From positions 1-60,147 of IMG/VR virus record IMGVR_UViG_3300043485_000022: a stretch of DNA of 60,147 nucleotides; one strand, 5' to 3'. Source of the stretch: a virus (Duplodnaviria; Caudoviricetes). Below are positions 37,200 to 47,128 of the stretch, one piece after another. The translations under genes were made by a program, and so were the position numbers. Every line of letters begins with the position of its first letter. The first letter of the stretch is position 1. The notes beneath the pieces were generated by a model, which had not been told where the DNA came from, ran no database searches, and was given only the letters and a program-made list of their open reading frames with translations.

Positions 37200-37231
37200 G
37201 AGAAGGGCTCCTCAGGGGCCTTTCTCCATTT
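37200..37231 (+). terminator. Probable end of late operon
   Basis: GAGAAGGGCTCC-TCA-GGGGCCTTTCTC hairpin (with G-U pairs). Confidence 0.55.
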
Positions 37232-37243
37232 CAGGGCTCATCC

Positions 37244-37550
37244 GAGGTTTTACAACTTGTTTACATCTAGAGTCTTGACCGGACCGTATCAAGACTGACA
37301 CACTGTTTCACATCATGGTTAAGATCTTCACTGTCTGGCAAAGATACCGACGCAGGATCGCCCCTGGTGAATGGGACATCGACTCCGGCAAGACTCATGC
37401 TGTCATTGGCGGTAGGACACTCTGCGGACGCAATCCAGGCAGCATTGAGAAAGGATGGGAACTTGATCCTTATCGTCCCCCCGTCGAGTGTGAGAAGTGC
37501 CGTGCAGCACTGGCCAAACTGTGATGGGGAGGTTTTACAACTTGTTTACA
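37244..37550 (+). repeat. 22-bp direct repeat GAGGTTTTACAACTTGTTTACA (37244-37265, 37529-37550)
   Basis: Exact copies, each 9 nt upstream of a -35-like hexamer (TTGACC 37275, TTGCGT 37560). Confidence 0.85.
37315..37524 (+). CDS. Small Zn-binding early protein
   Basis: H...LCG...CEKC; flanked by the direct repeats. Confidence 0.65.
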   Translation: MVKIFTVWQRYRRRIAPGEWDIDSGKTHAVIGGRTLCGRNPGSIEKGWELDPYRPPVECEKCRAALAKL

Positions 37551-38216
37551 ACTTACCTATTGCGTTGGATCAAGTGAGGATAGACAATGGTCCTCGCCAG
37601 AACAAAGAGGAATCTACCAGATGACACACGGTGAATACGAAGAGGCGTTTGGATTCGACCTTGAAGAAGAGAACTCTCCGATGACTCTGCATTGTTCTTG
37701 CTGCGGCGACGTGTGATGCGGCCTCAATGCCAGTGTTGTGGTGGATTCAAAGTTTTTCGTGTGAGAGTAGGACAGTTTAAGCCTGACATCATCTGTCCTG
37801 ATTGCTTTGTCTGGGCTGTTGATATGGTAGATTGGCTCAAGAACAAGGCCAGCCAAGGAGACATGTGATGACTTGCAAGTGCTGTGGCTTTGCCAACTCT
37901 CACACAAGCGAGCGGAGATTCTTCTCTACGATGGCTCAAGATCTGCTGTGCGAAATCTGCCAGGAGTGGTTTCAAGAGACAATCTACACCGCCATGGTCA
38001 ACAGGAGCTTCTAGTGGCTAAGAAGACTGTCAACATCGCTCCAACAAACGTCCTTATTCTTGGTCTGGCTGAAGCAGATCAAGGCACTCAAGTTGAAGTA
38101 GATCAACTCCTGCTGGACGAGTGGGCAGCAGTTATTCTGCGCATGGATGCTGTGCAGACTGCTTTTGCTCACGCCGTGCGAATGGCTTCTTAGGCAAAAT
38201 CGAAGTTCAACTAGTC

Positions 38217-39785
38217 ATGTCCCTTCTGCCTTCATCACTCGGCCTCTCAGGCTTCCCTGGCTACCGTCCTGGCCAGGAAGATCTGATCTGGCAACTTGCC
38301 GCGAGCCCTAATCGCTTCTCAGGTCTCAACGCTCCTCCCGGGACTGGCAAATCCTTGATCTCAATGTCTGTTGCCAGAGTCCTGGGGGGGCGTTGCTTGT
38401 ACCTGGTGGTGACTAAGAATCTTGGCAGACAACTGCTGGCAAGTTTCGAGTCATCAGGCCTGTACAACATCAATGGACATCTCAACTACCCATGCGCGAC
38501 TAGCTTCACCACAGAAGACGAGCTTGAAATCGAGTGCCAATGGGGCGACCAGTGCGACTATCAAGCTGCTGTTGCTGAGAGCTTGCGGCATGACGCAGTC
38601 ACGACGAACTACGCTCATCATGTTTCAATCGGCAAGTCCGAAGATTCTATGAGACTTGGGGAGTTCGACACTCTCGTGCTGGACGAAGCTCATAACGTCC
38701 TGCCTAAGCTCAGCGAGTATCTGTCTATCACGTTTAGCGAGCGGGCGATGTCAAGGTATGTGGGCGTGTCTCTACCGCCCATGTCTGCTAATCTATCTGC
38801 TTGTCTCACATGGGCTCAGGAAGTCATTCCCATCTGCCGTGACAGGTACAAGTCCCTTACGGCTTCGAAGGCAGACCCGCGAGACATCCGTCGTGTCAAG
38901 AGAATCGGGATTGATCTGGCCCGATTTATCAAAGATGCTGACAGAGCAGACTGGCTCTTGAAACCCCGCAACCCGCAATTGCAATATCAAAGCTTGACCT
39001 TTCTACCCTTGGACATCAGCAGCTACACAGAACAATATCTATTCCGTGGAATCAAGCGCGTGCTGCTTGTCTCAGGCACGCTATTCGAGGATGACTTGAA
39101 GCCTCTTGGAATCACTGACTCGTACGACTACACAGAAGTTCCAAGCCCCTTCCAGGCAGCACACAGGCCCATCTACTTCTTCCCCTCAACACCTGCGATT
39201 CGCGTGAACGATCAGATGTCCAAGTCAGAGCGCACGGTCTGGCAGCGGCATGTAGACAAGATTTGCGAGTACGAGCTGGCACTCGGGAATAGAGGGATTG
39301 TCCACACGCGATCGTACAAGCGTGCGGTGGATATGATCTCTCAAAGCCGACTAGAAGAATATCTCGTGATCACTCACGAGAGCGGTAGTCAGCACACATC
39401 AAATGCCATTGACATGTTCAAATCGTATCACCGTCCCATAGCCTTGTTCTCCCCCAGCTTAGAAGAAGGGGTAGACTTCCCATACGACTCCTGTCGCTTC
39501 CAGATTATCCCCAAGATCCCGTTTCTCTACCATCGCGACGTGGTAACAGCAGCACGGATCGCTCGCGACAAGTCCTACGCCGACCGCGAAACCTGCCGCA
39601 CGATGATCCAGGAGATGGGGCGGATTGTTCGTGCGCCGGATGACTGGGGCAGGACTTACGTGACAGATTCGCATTGGGAGTGGTTCAGGAAGAAGAAATA
39701 CTTTTACCGCTGGCTCAGGCTGGCTTACAAGACAGCGCGGCAGATGTCAGAAATCAAAGCGATCACAATAAAGGAGAGTAAGTAA
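38217..39785 (+). CDS. DinG/Rad3-like SF2 helicase
   Basis: Q motif RPGQ, APPGTGKS, DEAH, SGT, EGVDFP and QEMGRIVR. Confidence 0.93.
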   Translation: MSLLPSSLGLSGFPGYRPGQEDLIWQLAASPNRFSGLNAPPGTGKSLISMSVARVLGGRCLYLVVTKNLGRQLLASFESSGLYNINGHLNYPCATSFTTEDELEIECQWGDQCDYQAAVAESLRHDAVTTNYAHHVSIGKSEDSMRLGEFDTLVLDEAHNVLPKLSEYLSITFSERAMSRYVGVSLPPMSANLSACLTWAQEVIPICRDRYKSLTASKADPRDIRRVKRIGIDLARFIKDADRADWLLKPRNPQLQYQSLTFLPLDISSYTEQYLFRGIKRVLLVSGTLFEDDLKPLGITDSYDYTEVPSPFQAAHRPIYFFPSTPAIRVNDQMSKSERTVWQRHVDKICEYELALGNRGIVHTRSYKRAVDMISQSRLEEYLVITHESGSQHTSNAIDMFKSYHRPIALFSPSLEEGVDFPYDSCRFQIIPKIPFLYHRDVVTAARIARDKSYADRETCRTMIQEMGRIVRAPDDWGRTYVTDSHWEWFRKKKYFYRWLRLAYKTARQMSEIKAITIKESK

Positions 39786-40033
39786 TGGCTAAGACTCCAA
39801 GTCGAGCGACGCGATGGAATGACGCGTGCATTGCAGCAAGTGTCGCTCTGATGGATCTCAAGGAATTGCAAGACGAGTACCAGGAGTGGATGGACAACCT
39901 GCCTGAAAACTTGCAGAACTCACCTGTTGCCGAGAGGCTTCAAGAAGTTTGCGATCTTGACGTTGATGGTGCACAGGACATGATTGGTGAAGCTGAAGGG
40001 ATCGACCTGCCTCAAGGCTTCGGTAGAGACTAA
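39785..40033 (+). CDS. Acidic hypothetical protein
   Basis: AAGGAG SD; DNLPENLQNS pattern. Confidence 0.65.
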   Translation: MAKTPSRATRWNDACIAASVALMDLKELQDEYQEWMDNLPENLQNSPVAERLQEVCDLDVDGAQDMIGEAEGIDLPQGFGRD

Positions 40034-40107
40034 GGTCAGATCAACACGACTTTTGGATCTGATCCTCTGAACGATATCAACCCACGACAAGGAGACAAAA
40101 CAAGCCC

Positions 40108-41160
40108 ATGGCTAAGACAGACAAGGAACAACCCATCTTCCAAGCACTCGGAGTCGATGACTTCGGGTCTACACGCCCTGACGATTTCGACGGAGCGATC
40201 AAAGGCGCTCGCTACATCGCGTTCAAGTGGCCCAACAGTCAGTACGGTCATGCGCTGTACGCTGAAATCACCTTCCTCCCCGACCCTGACAGCGGTTTCG
40301 AAGAGTTCTCGGAAGTCTACAAGGTTGGGAGCCTGAAGTTCAACTTCCCCAGCCTGGATGGTAAAACCCTCGCTGGGCCTGAAGATATCTCTGTGGACGA
40401 CTATGAGACTTTGGCGGATGATCCTGAAGCGTTCATCCCTGAGGGAGAAGAGGAGCTGTACAAGGGTCCCTTCGTCCTTACAATCGTAAAGGACAGAGAC
40501 AAGAAGACCGATCGCAAGCTCCCCAACTCGCACTGGTCTCAGTTCATGAAAGCTGTCAAGGATCTCTATCCGCCGGACGATCCCGAAGCTGATCCGGACG
40601 GTACCAGTTTCCCCACGCAGCTCAACATCGATGCCATGCTCGCAGGGTATCGCTTCCACTTCCTGCGCGTCGATGAAGACAACACCAAGCGCAAGAAGAA
40701 GGACAATGGCAAGGGGCCGTTTCAGATTCTCGTGCCTACGGATGCGCTGGGGAAGGATGACAGCCTGGCGGCGGATGATGGGGACAGCAAGAAGTCCAGC
40801 AAGGCCAAGCCTGCTCCCGCTGCTGCCAAGAAGAACAAGCCCAAGCCCGAGCCCGAGGAGGATGAAGACGAGGACACCGAGACTGACCTGGAGGATCTGG
40901 ACGACACAGAGGCTGACGCCGACGAGGAAGATGCTGAGGAGTCCGATGAATCGCGCTACATCAATATGATTCGCGGAATTCTGGGGTCTGCTAAGAAAGG
41001 TGAAGGGATGACCACTCAGGCCATCATCGCTCGTTTTGTGGGCACAGCCAAGACCCCCAGTGACAAGTCCGCTGGGATGAAGCTGATCCAGACCCCCAAG
41101 TGGATGCAGGCAGCGGATAGGCCGTGGAAGCTCAAGGAGGGCAAGTACTACCCCAAGTGA
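40108..41160 (+). CDS. Acidic protein, putative ssDNA-binding/recombination accessory
   Basis: In the replication module; long Asp/Glu tract. Function inferred only. Confidence 0.45.
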   Translation: MAKTDKEQPIFQALGVDDFGSTRPDDFDGAIKGARYIAFKWPNSQYGHALYAEITFLPDPDSGFEEFSEVYKVGSLKFNFPSLDGKTLAGPEDISVDDYETLADDPEAFIPEGEEELYKGPFVLTIVKDRDKKTDRKLPNSHWSQFMKAVKDLYPPDDPEADPDGTSFPTQLNIDAMLAGYRFHFLRVDEDNTKRKKKDNGKGPFQILVPTDALGKDDSLAADDGDSKKSSKAKPAPAAAKKNKPKPEPEEDEDEDTETDLEDLDDTEADADEEDAEESDESRYINMIRGILGSAKKGEGMTTQAIIARFVGTAKTPSDKSAGMKLIQTPKWMQAADRPWKLKEGKYYPK

Positions 41161-41172
41161 TCTGACAAGTGA

Positions 41173-41252
41173 GGCGAAACGGTCGGCAGGACTACTCAGT
41201 CAGGGTTCTGTCAACCGTCTCCACCTGTTAGCTACAGGTGGACTGACGAGCC
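41173..41252 (+). ncRNA. Type II hammerhead ribozyme
   Basis: GGC-GAAA-CGGU...ACC-GUC, 9-bp stem I, CUGACGA-GCC. All core nucleotides present; intergenic. Confidence 0.9.
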
Positions 41253-41751
41253 AAGCTCCATAAGGACTTTTTACATGATGGCAAGGGAGATAATACGACA
41301 CATGATCGATAACAGAGAATCGCCGCGCACGGGGTTTAGCTTTGCTCCTCTTGTCAACTTGAGGGATGGAAAGTCTCTCAACTCGGCTGACTCGCGCTAC
41401 CTCGTCCCTGCAAGTAGTGAACAAGTAGAGTGTGAGCATCTTTGCTCTGCTAACCCTCACTACGCCTGCACCCGTCGTAAGGCTCACAAGGGTGATCACG
41501 CGGCGCATGGAGCGAATGATGGTACGCCTGTGATGTTCGCTCGGTGGAGGAGAGAGTAAAATGAGCGAGAGAATGTCTGACACTGAAATGATCAACCTCC
41601 TTGAGTCTCTAATTGCAGCAGGAGGCATAACCGGCTGGAAGATTGTCGGACTATACGGTGGGCGTGGCTGGCTCCTCAAAAATACAACAGAGCTGCCCAA
41701 TTATCCGACAGTGCGCGATGCGATTCAAGTCTTCAGGGATCGGCAAGATCA

Positions 41752-42339
41752 ATGATCACAACCCTCGTATCCTCCACGCTGCCTCTATTCCAGCTCAACC
41801 ACGAGCGGACCCGAGGCCGTCATGTCTCAGCCATCATCCACGATCTCTGCTTGCGCCGGGGGATCTACAAGCGACAAGAGAACGATTCAGACTCAGGTGA
41901 TGAGGATCTTGATACGACGTGGATGCGACTTGGCCAAGCCTGGGAACACGCGCTGATTGCTCAGACTCGGCTAGAACATCCCGGAGAGTATATTGAGCTG
42001 CCTGAGATAGAACGTGATGGCATCTTCGGGCATCTTGATTTGTACAAGCTAGTCCACGAGATAGATGAGATCAAATGCACCCGCTTGTCATCTCGCCATG
42101 AGCTTGGGTCCATAAAAATGTGGAAATATGGAGCTCAGCTCATGGCCTATTGTTGGATGATGAGATGTCTGATTGGGAATCTCAAAGTCGTGTTCACGCG
42201 AGGTAATTACAGTGACAAGCTAGTCGAGTACAGACATTGGCGGATTGTCTTCACGAAACAAGAATTGTGGACGAACTGGCGAACGTTGACAACTCACGCA
42301 GATCTGATGGAAGGAGAGGGACACCAGTGGCAAGCCTGA
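41752..42339 (+). CDS. PD-(D/E)XK (Cas4/RecB-like) exonuclease
   Basis: G..WE, GHLD, EIK and QL.AY motifs. Confidence 0.8.
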   Translation: MITTLVSSTLPLFQLNHERTRGRHVSAIIHDLCLRRGIYKRQENDSDSGDEDLDTTWMRLGQAWEHALIAQTRLEHPGEYIELPEIERDGIFGHLDLYKLVHEIDEIKCTRLSSRHELGSIKMWKYGAQLMAYCWMMRCLIGNLKVVFTRGNYSDKLVEYRHWRIVFTKQELWTNWRTLTTHADLMEGEGHQWQA

Positions 42340-42550
42340 CAGCCGGAAAACTACTAGAGATGATCCTGAGTCGGAGGCTTCCACCCGAGACTCCAATAGA
42401 GATCTACAACGGCAGTGTGGAGTTCTATGGGATCGACACGGTAGATGAGAGACAACTACAAATAATTGACGATCGGGTTGTGATCAGCTTTGCGGTTCCT
42501 TGGACTCCTGATGACCTCCGTCAGTACAGGAAAGATCGGAGCAAACTGTA

Positions 42551-43387
42551 ATGACGATTATCAAAAAGCGCCGTGTCGATCCGTCCCACCTCTCCTCGAT
42601 CTCTGTAGACTGGGACGATGCCCCCACAGAGTTCTCCCTCAGACGTTGTGTGTCAGAGATCTATGGTCCATCTGGCTCAGGTCGCACCACTTTGGCTCTC
42701 TCTGCGCCAGGATCGATAGCTTACTTGTTTTTCCACGAAAAGGTCCAAGGCATCGTGCAGGAGTTCGCCAGAGTCAAAAAGATTCAATGGAAGAAGATGG
42801 GCGGTTCATTCCGTGGCAGTGAGTCAAACATCCTCAGTAAGGCTAGTGAGGCTATGCGGCGGTTTGAAGATTTCTTCTATGACTCTTACACTTGGGCGAC
42901 TACAGTAATCGTAGACACGCACAACGAAGCCTGGATGCTAGAGCGGCTTGGTGAGTTCGGTGCACCTAAACCAGACGGCGGGCGTGTAGACCAAAACTAC
43001 GCTGCTATCAACAATCGCTGGCTAAGTATGTTAAACCACGCCCGCGATGAAGCCGACGCCAACCGCTGCAATACCATCTTTATCGGCCAGACTGAATCTG
43101 AGTGGAAGGAAGATGCGAAGGGTTTTGGCAAGAAGACCGGCAAGATCGTTCGTATCGACACCAGTGCGAGCCAGAAAGTCTATCTGAAGTCTGACGTGGT
43201 GATTCGTACGGAGGTTTCCATCAACCGTCGCCGTGAACATGAGTTCAAAGCCACGGTAGACAAGCCATGGTGGAATAGCGCTTACATGGATTTCGAGATC
43301 TCGCTGGGGGATAAGCCAGATCAGTTGCAGTGGCCGGATGTCATGGGAATGATCACCGAGACGGATGCAGAGGAATGGCGCTCGTGA
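42551..43387 (+). CDS. P-loop ATPase (AAA_24/Sak4-like annealing protein)
   Basis: YGPSGSGRTT and TVIVD motifs; next to the exonuclease. Confidence 0.72.
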   Translation: MTIIKKRRVDPSHLSSISVDWDDAPTEFSLRRCVSEIYGPSGSGRTTLALSAPGSIAYLFFHEKVQGIVQEFARVKKIQWKKMGGSFRGSESNILSKASEAMRRFEDFFYDSYTWATTVIVDTHNEAWMLERLGEFGAPKPDGGRVDQNYAAINNRWLSMLNHARDEADANRCNTIFIGQTESEWKEDAKGFGKKTGKIVRIDTSASQKVYLKSDVVIRTEVSINRRREHEFKATVDKPWWNSAYMDFEISLGDKPDQLQWPDVMGMITETDAEEWRS

Positions 43388-44110
43388 CTCACAAACTACT
43401 AGTTGATAAATGTCAATTCTGTGGTTTGACGCTCTGCTACCATTGCCCCGAGTGCGGCAACCATGTCTTTGATGAACATAAAGACGGCTGCTCACTTGAT
43501 CCGACAAAAGTTCAAGAAGCTTTAGACAGACAGCGCGAGAGTGAAATCCAATGGGTTCTCACGGGTGAGGGACCGAAACCGTGACAACTTCGCGGGTGGT
43601 CGATTCCTGGATCGGTGGTTCCTCCCCCTCCTGCCAGTACCGGTACAGGCTTGTTCAGCCCAGCGGCAGTTCCGTCGAGTACCAAGTCGAGGTATCCATG
43701 CTGGACGATCCTGACATGGACGAGTTCTACAAGCCTGTGACGAGAGGGTCTGTGCATTTGGTCGCGCTGAGGTTGGGGGAGCTACTGAGAGAGGACCACA
43801 AGGAACGTCAGATCAACCGATCAAAGAGAGCCTGATCATGAGCAAAGAAGAACTGACACTTTCTGATTGGATTTATCAGTACGCCCCTGACTGGATTTAC
43901 AAGGGGTCAGGCACTAGAGGAGCATTCGAGTACGGCTTTCGTGCTGAGCTTGGCGGTAAAGAACTAGGCAACGTCTACTTCAGAGCTGATTGTGTTCGGG
44001 CGGAATCTTTAGGCAGGACTCTCGCCAGCAGAATAGTAGATCAGCAAAAGACTGTGATCGTCTGCGACTGCTGCCAACAGCCATTCTCCAGAACTCCGCG
44101 AGACTAGCCT

Positions 44111-45019
44111 GTGCTGATGCTCGACAAAATGGAAGGCTCTTATCAGCTCGCTCTGCACGAGCCTGTCCGCTCGCTACTCCCAGCGTGCGCTGATTGCGTC
44201 GGCAAGACTTCTACCCACTCATCCACGTGCAAGTCATGTCGCGGGACAGGTCGATTCCTGTCCAACCTCGCGAGTGGAGACGTCGCTTTTGCTGGCAACG
44301 GGCCTGAGTCACAACTGATGATCGGCGTCGAGATCAAATCCGTCTCAGATATGCTCCAGTCGATGCACCAGGGCAGGCTGCAAGAGCAGATCAAGCGGAT
44401 GTCTACTTGTTACGACCTGATCTGGCTTCTACAATACGGACGCTATCGAGCCAACCCCAAGTCCAAGTATCCGTCCTGTCCGAACCCTGTGCAGGTCTAC
44501 AAGTCTCGTTCCAGAACCCGCCAACGCGAGGGTTGGTACGACATCCGTCTTGACAACAAACCTGTTCCCTACGGCTACTTGGAAGCTTTCAAGTGCTCGC
44601 CAAGCTTGATGTCCCTTGGAGTACAGATCGTCCGCGTCGAGTCGCTAGAGGAAGCTGCTCAATGGCTGGGCGTGCTCTACAGGACTTGGACCAAGCCTTT
44701 CCACAAGCACTCTAGCATGAGGGTGTTCAACACTTCTGGAGATCAGCTTGGCTCAACCCGCCTCAAGACGATGTCCACCTTTCCAGACCTCAGCTCAGAT
44801 GTCTTGGAAGCTGCCAAGTTTCTCTCCGGCATCCCTGGAATCAGATACGAGCGAGCTATAGCGATCGCTAAGTACTTTCCATCGCTAGACAGGATGATTA
44901 GCGCGGATGTTGACGACTGGGCTGAGATCAGAATCGAGAGCAGAAGCGGGACAAGTCGCAAGCTGGGCAAGGTGTTGGCGAAATCGATTGTGCAGTTCTT
45001 GACGAAGAAGAGGAGATGA
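44111..45019 (+). CDS. ERCC4/XPF-like structure-specific nuclease with Zn-finger insertion and C-terminal HhH
   Basis: GD..., VEIKSVSDM...GRLQEQ and LSGIPGI motifs; CADC...CKSC. Confidence 0.82.
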   Translation: MLMLDKMEGSYQLALHEPVRSLLPACADCVGKTSTHSSTCKSCRGTGRFLSNLASGDVAFAGNGPESQLMIGVEIKSVSDMLQSMHQGRLQEQIKRMSTCYDLIWLLQYGRYRANPKSKYPSCPNPVQVYKSRSRTRQREGWYDIRLDNKPVPYGYLEAFKCSPSLMSLGVQIVRVESLEEAAQWLGVLYRTWTKPFHKHSSMRVFNTSGDQLGSTRLKTMSTFPDLSSDVLEAAKFLSGIPGIRYERAIAIAKYFPSLDRMISADVDDWAEIRIESRSGTSRKLGKVLAKSIVQFLTKKRR

Positions 45020-45201
45020 GCCAAATGAACTCATATCAAGTTGTCGCGGCGGACACCACTAGAGAGCTTGAGTCGAAAGTCTCCGAGATGATTCTCAACG
45101 GATGGGTTCCGACCGGCGGACCGATAATCATTGGCGAGAAGTTCCACCAGAGAATTCTACAGGCTGTCTATCTGCCGCTTGAGAAATGAGAGACCGATGA
45201 A

Positions 45202-45586
45202 AACTATCTCTAAGCCAATGCTCTATTCGGCGTGGGTAGATCTGTCCTCTAATCAAATGATCGGAGTCACGCTTCGTAAAGCTGGTGAGTATTATGATCT
45301 CTATGTTGAGATGCCTATTGTCCATGGTTATGGTTCAGGGCTTCTTATTAATGATGGAGAGGAAGAATCAGATGATCTGGGAGAACAAGTCCGCCAGCAG
45401 CTCTCTCAAATCTCTCAGCGTTGCGAGGCCCTAGCCGCTGAACTCCTCAACCACGCTGTGGAGTTCTCCAGACTGGCTGAGGGAAAGATCGACCTTGCGG
45501 GTTGTGAGTCACCAGGCAAGCCGAAGAGACCTAATGCTGACTCAGAGGATGATCTGCTCGCTGACTTGCTAGACGAGCTGGAGTAG
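45202..45586 (+). CDS. Hypothetical protein ending DLLDELE
   Basis: Part of ORF 45131-45586; start approximate. Confidence 0.5.
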
Positions 45587-45590
45587 ATAA

Positions 45591-45788
45591 ATGTCAGACT
45601 CGCAATTCACCTGTCTCTCTTGCGGCAACATCATCTCTGGAGCGCCAGACGATCACGCTGAGACCTGTCCTCTGTGCCCGGAGCGGCAACGGCTGATAGA
45701 TTTGCTAGTTGAGTGGGCAGGAGACGGCGCAGCCGATGAAACCGCCACTGAGCTAGACTTAGACGACTTGTTAGACGAACTGGAGTAA
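45591..45788 (+). CDS. Zn-ribbon protein ending DLLDELE
   Basis: CLSC...CPLC; GGAG SD. Confidence 0.6.
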   Translation: MSDSQFTCLSCGNIISGAPDDHAETCPLCPERQRLIDLLVEWAGDGAADETATELDLDDLLDELE

Positions 45789-45931
45789 CCTCAGCCACAT
45801 GTCTACACCTGTAGTCACTAGATTGCCTGTTGACTCTCGCTAGATCTCCTGCTAGACTCCTCTACAGATTGAGATCCACGAACAAGTCCATCATAGGGCT
45901 TGCTCGACACCAGACAAGACAGGAGCCTGAC

Positions 45932-46417
45932 ATGAGCGTCAAGACGAACCGCAAGCCCGCGAGCACCCCGACTGATGAGCCTCAGCTGACTGCCGTCGAT
46001 CCGACCGCTGGCGAGGACAACAGTGAGAGCCAGAATCAGGAGACGACTCCGACCTCCGCCCGCCGTCGTGGCCGCTCGGGTCCCAAGGGTCCGGCCCTGA
46101 ACTTTAACAAGCCTCGGCAGGTCGCTCTGGGGCTGTTGATGCGTCGTATCGCCAACGGCAAGATCCCTGGCCCTCTGACCACCCCTGTGGTCTCGGCCTA
46201 CATCACCGGCGCCAAGCCTCTCCCTGAAGGCCACGACGACCTCGCAGAGCACCTTGCGAGCTTCAAGGGCGTAGAGGATCTGGTCACGGGAGCCAAGCTG
46301 ACCGCCGCTCGCAACAAGGTGCATGACATCCTCATGCAGGCTGGGAAGACCGGCCTGCCGGAGTTCGAGCGTACGCGGACGATGGTCGATCCCGACGCCT
46401 TTGACGGCCTGGAGTAA
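45932..46417 (+). CDS. Basic hypothetical protein, possibly DNA-binding
   Basis: AGGAG SD; RRRGRSGPKG motif. Confidence 0.6.
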   Translation: MSVKTNRKPASTPTDEPQLTAVDPTAGEDNSESQNQETTPTSARRRGRSGPKGPALNFNKPRQVALGLLMRRIANGKIPGPLTTPVVSAYITGAKPLPEGHDDLAEHLASFKGVEDLVTGAKLTAARNKVHDILMQAGKTGLPEFERTRTMVDPDAFDGLE

Positions 46418-46563
46418 GCTGACAGGTCAAATCGTATGCTGGACGTAAAGGGAGGCCGCGTAAGAGCCTCCCCTGTCTACCCTCGCTCCTTCTCCCCTGT
46501 CGTCCTCCACTGTCCTGTTCTGACGGCAAGTTGTAAAATCTTTGGTCGATCTCGATTTTGTTC

Positions 46564-46592
46564 TTGACTCGGTACGGACCGTACTGTAGTCT
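46564..46592 (+). promoter_or_regulatory. sigma70 promoter with operator, probably leaderless
   Basis: TTGACT-N17-TAGTCT; GTACGGACCGTAC at 46572-46584; ATG at 46599. Confidence 0.78.
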
Positions 46593-46598
46593 TCTCAC

Positions 46599-46838
46599 AT
46601 GGCAACCGAGACCGCAACCTTCGTTCCCGAATACCGTTATCGGATCAAGTCCACTGGCTACTCCTCAACTCGCTACGGCAACTGCGAAGTCTGTAAGCAG
46701 CCTGTCTCGGAAGTCTTTCTCCAGAGCGAACAGAGATCGTATGAAGGTGGATCGAGTTGGACGTATGAAGGATGTAACACGTCTCTCTTCGACCATGAGG
46801 ATTGTCTGCTTTCTGTCCGGAGAGGACAGCAGTCATGA
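46599..46838 (+). CDS. Small Zn-binding early protein
   Basis: CEVC...H..C. Confidence 0.65.
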   Translation: MATETATFVPEYRYRIKSTGYSSTRYGNCEVCKQPVSEVFLQSEQRSYEGGSSWTYEGCNTSLFDHEDCLLSVRRGQQS

Positions 46839-47092
46839 GATGCACGACATGGGAGCAAGGACGGGACCGCTGCTCGAACCAAGCTGAGTATCGTCTTGTG
46901 TTAGAGGTCAAGGATGGAGTCCCGCAGACGAACCCTAGAAGAGCCCCTGTGTGCTCTGGCTGTGCTGTGGCTTATATCGAGGAGTATGCCGAGAAGCTTC
47001 CGAGCTGGACCTGGAATGCTGTCCCGATCGAGCCTAAAGCGTCCTCTCCAGTGGACGAGTCGTAAAATCTTTTGCCAATCCTCTCTACCCTA

Positions 47093-47122
47093 TTGACGGG
47101 CTATAACAGGCTGTTATACAGT
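47093..47122 (+). promoter_or_regulatory. sigma70 promoter with a distinct palindromic operator, probably leaderless
   Basis: TTGACG-N18-TACAGT; TATAACAG-G-CTGTTATA at 47102-47118; ATG at 47129. Confidence 0.75.
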
Positions 47123-47128
47123 CTGTTC

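Noticed and set aside
41752-42339. Cas4 / CRISPR system
   Set aside because: No repeat-spacer array or other cas genes seen; stand-alone phage exonuclease.
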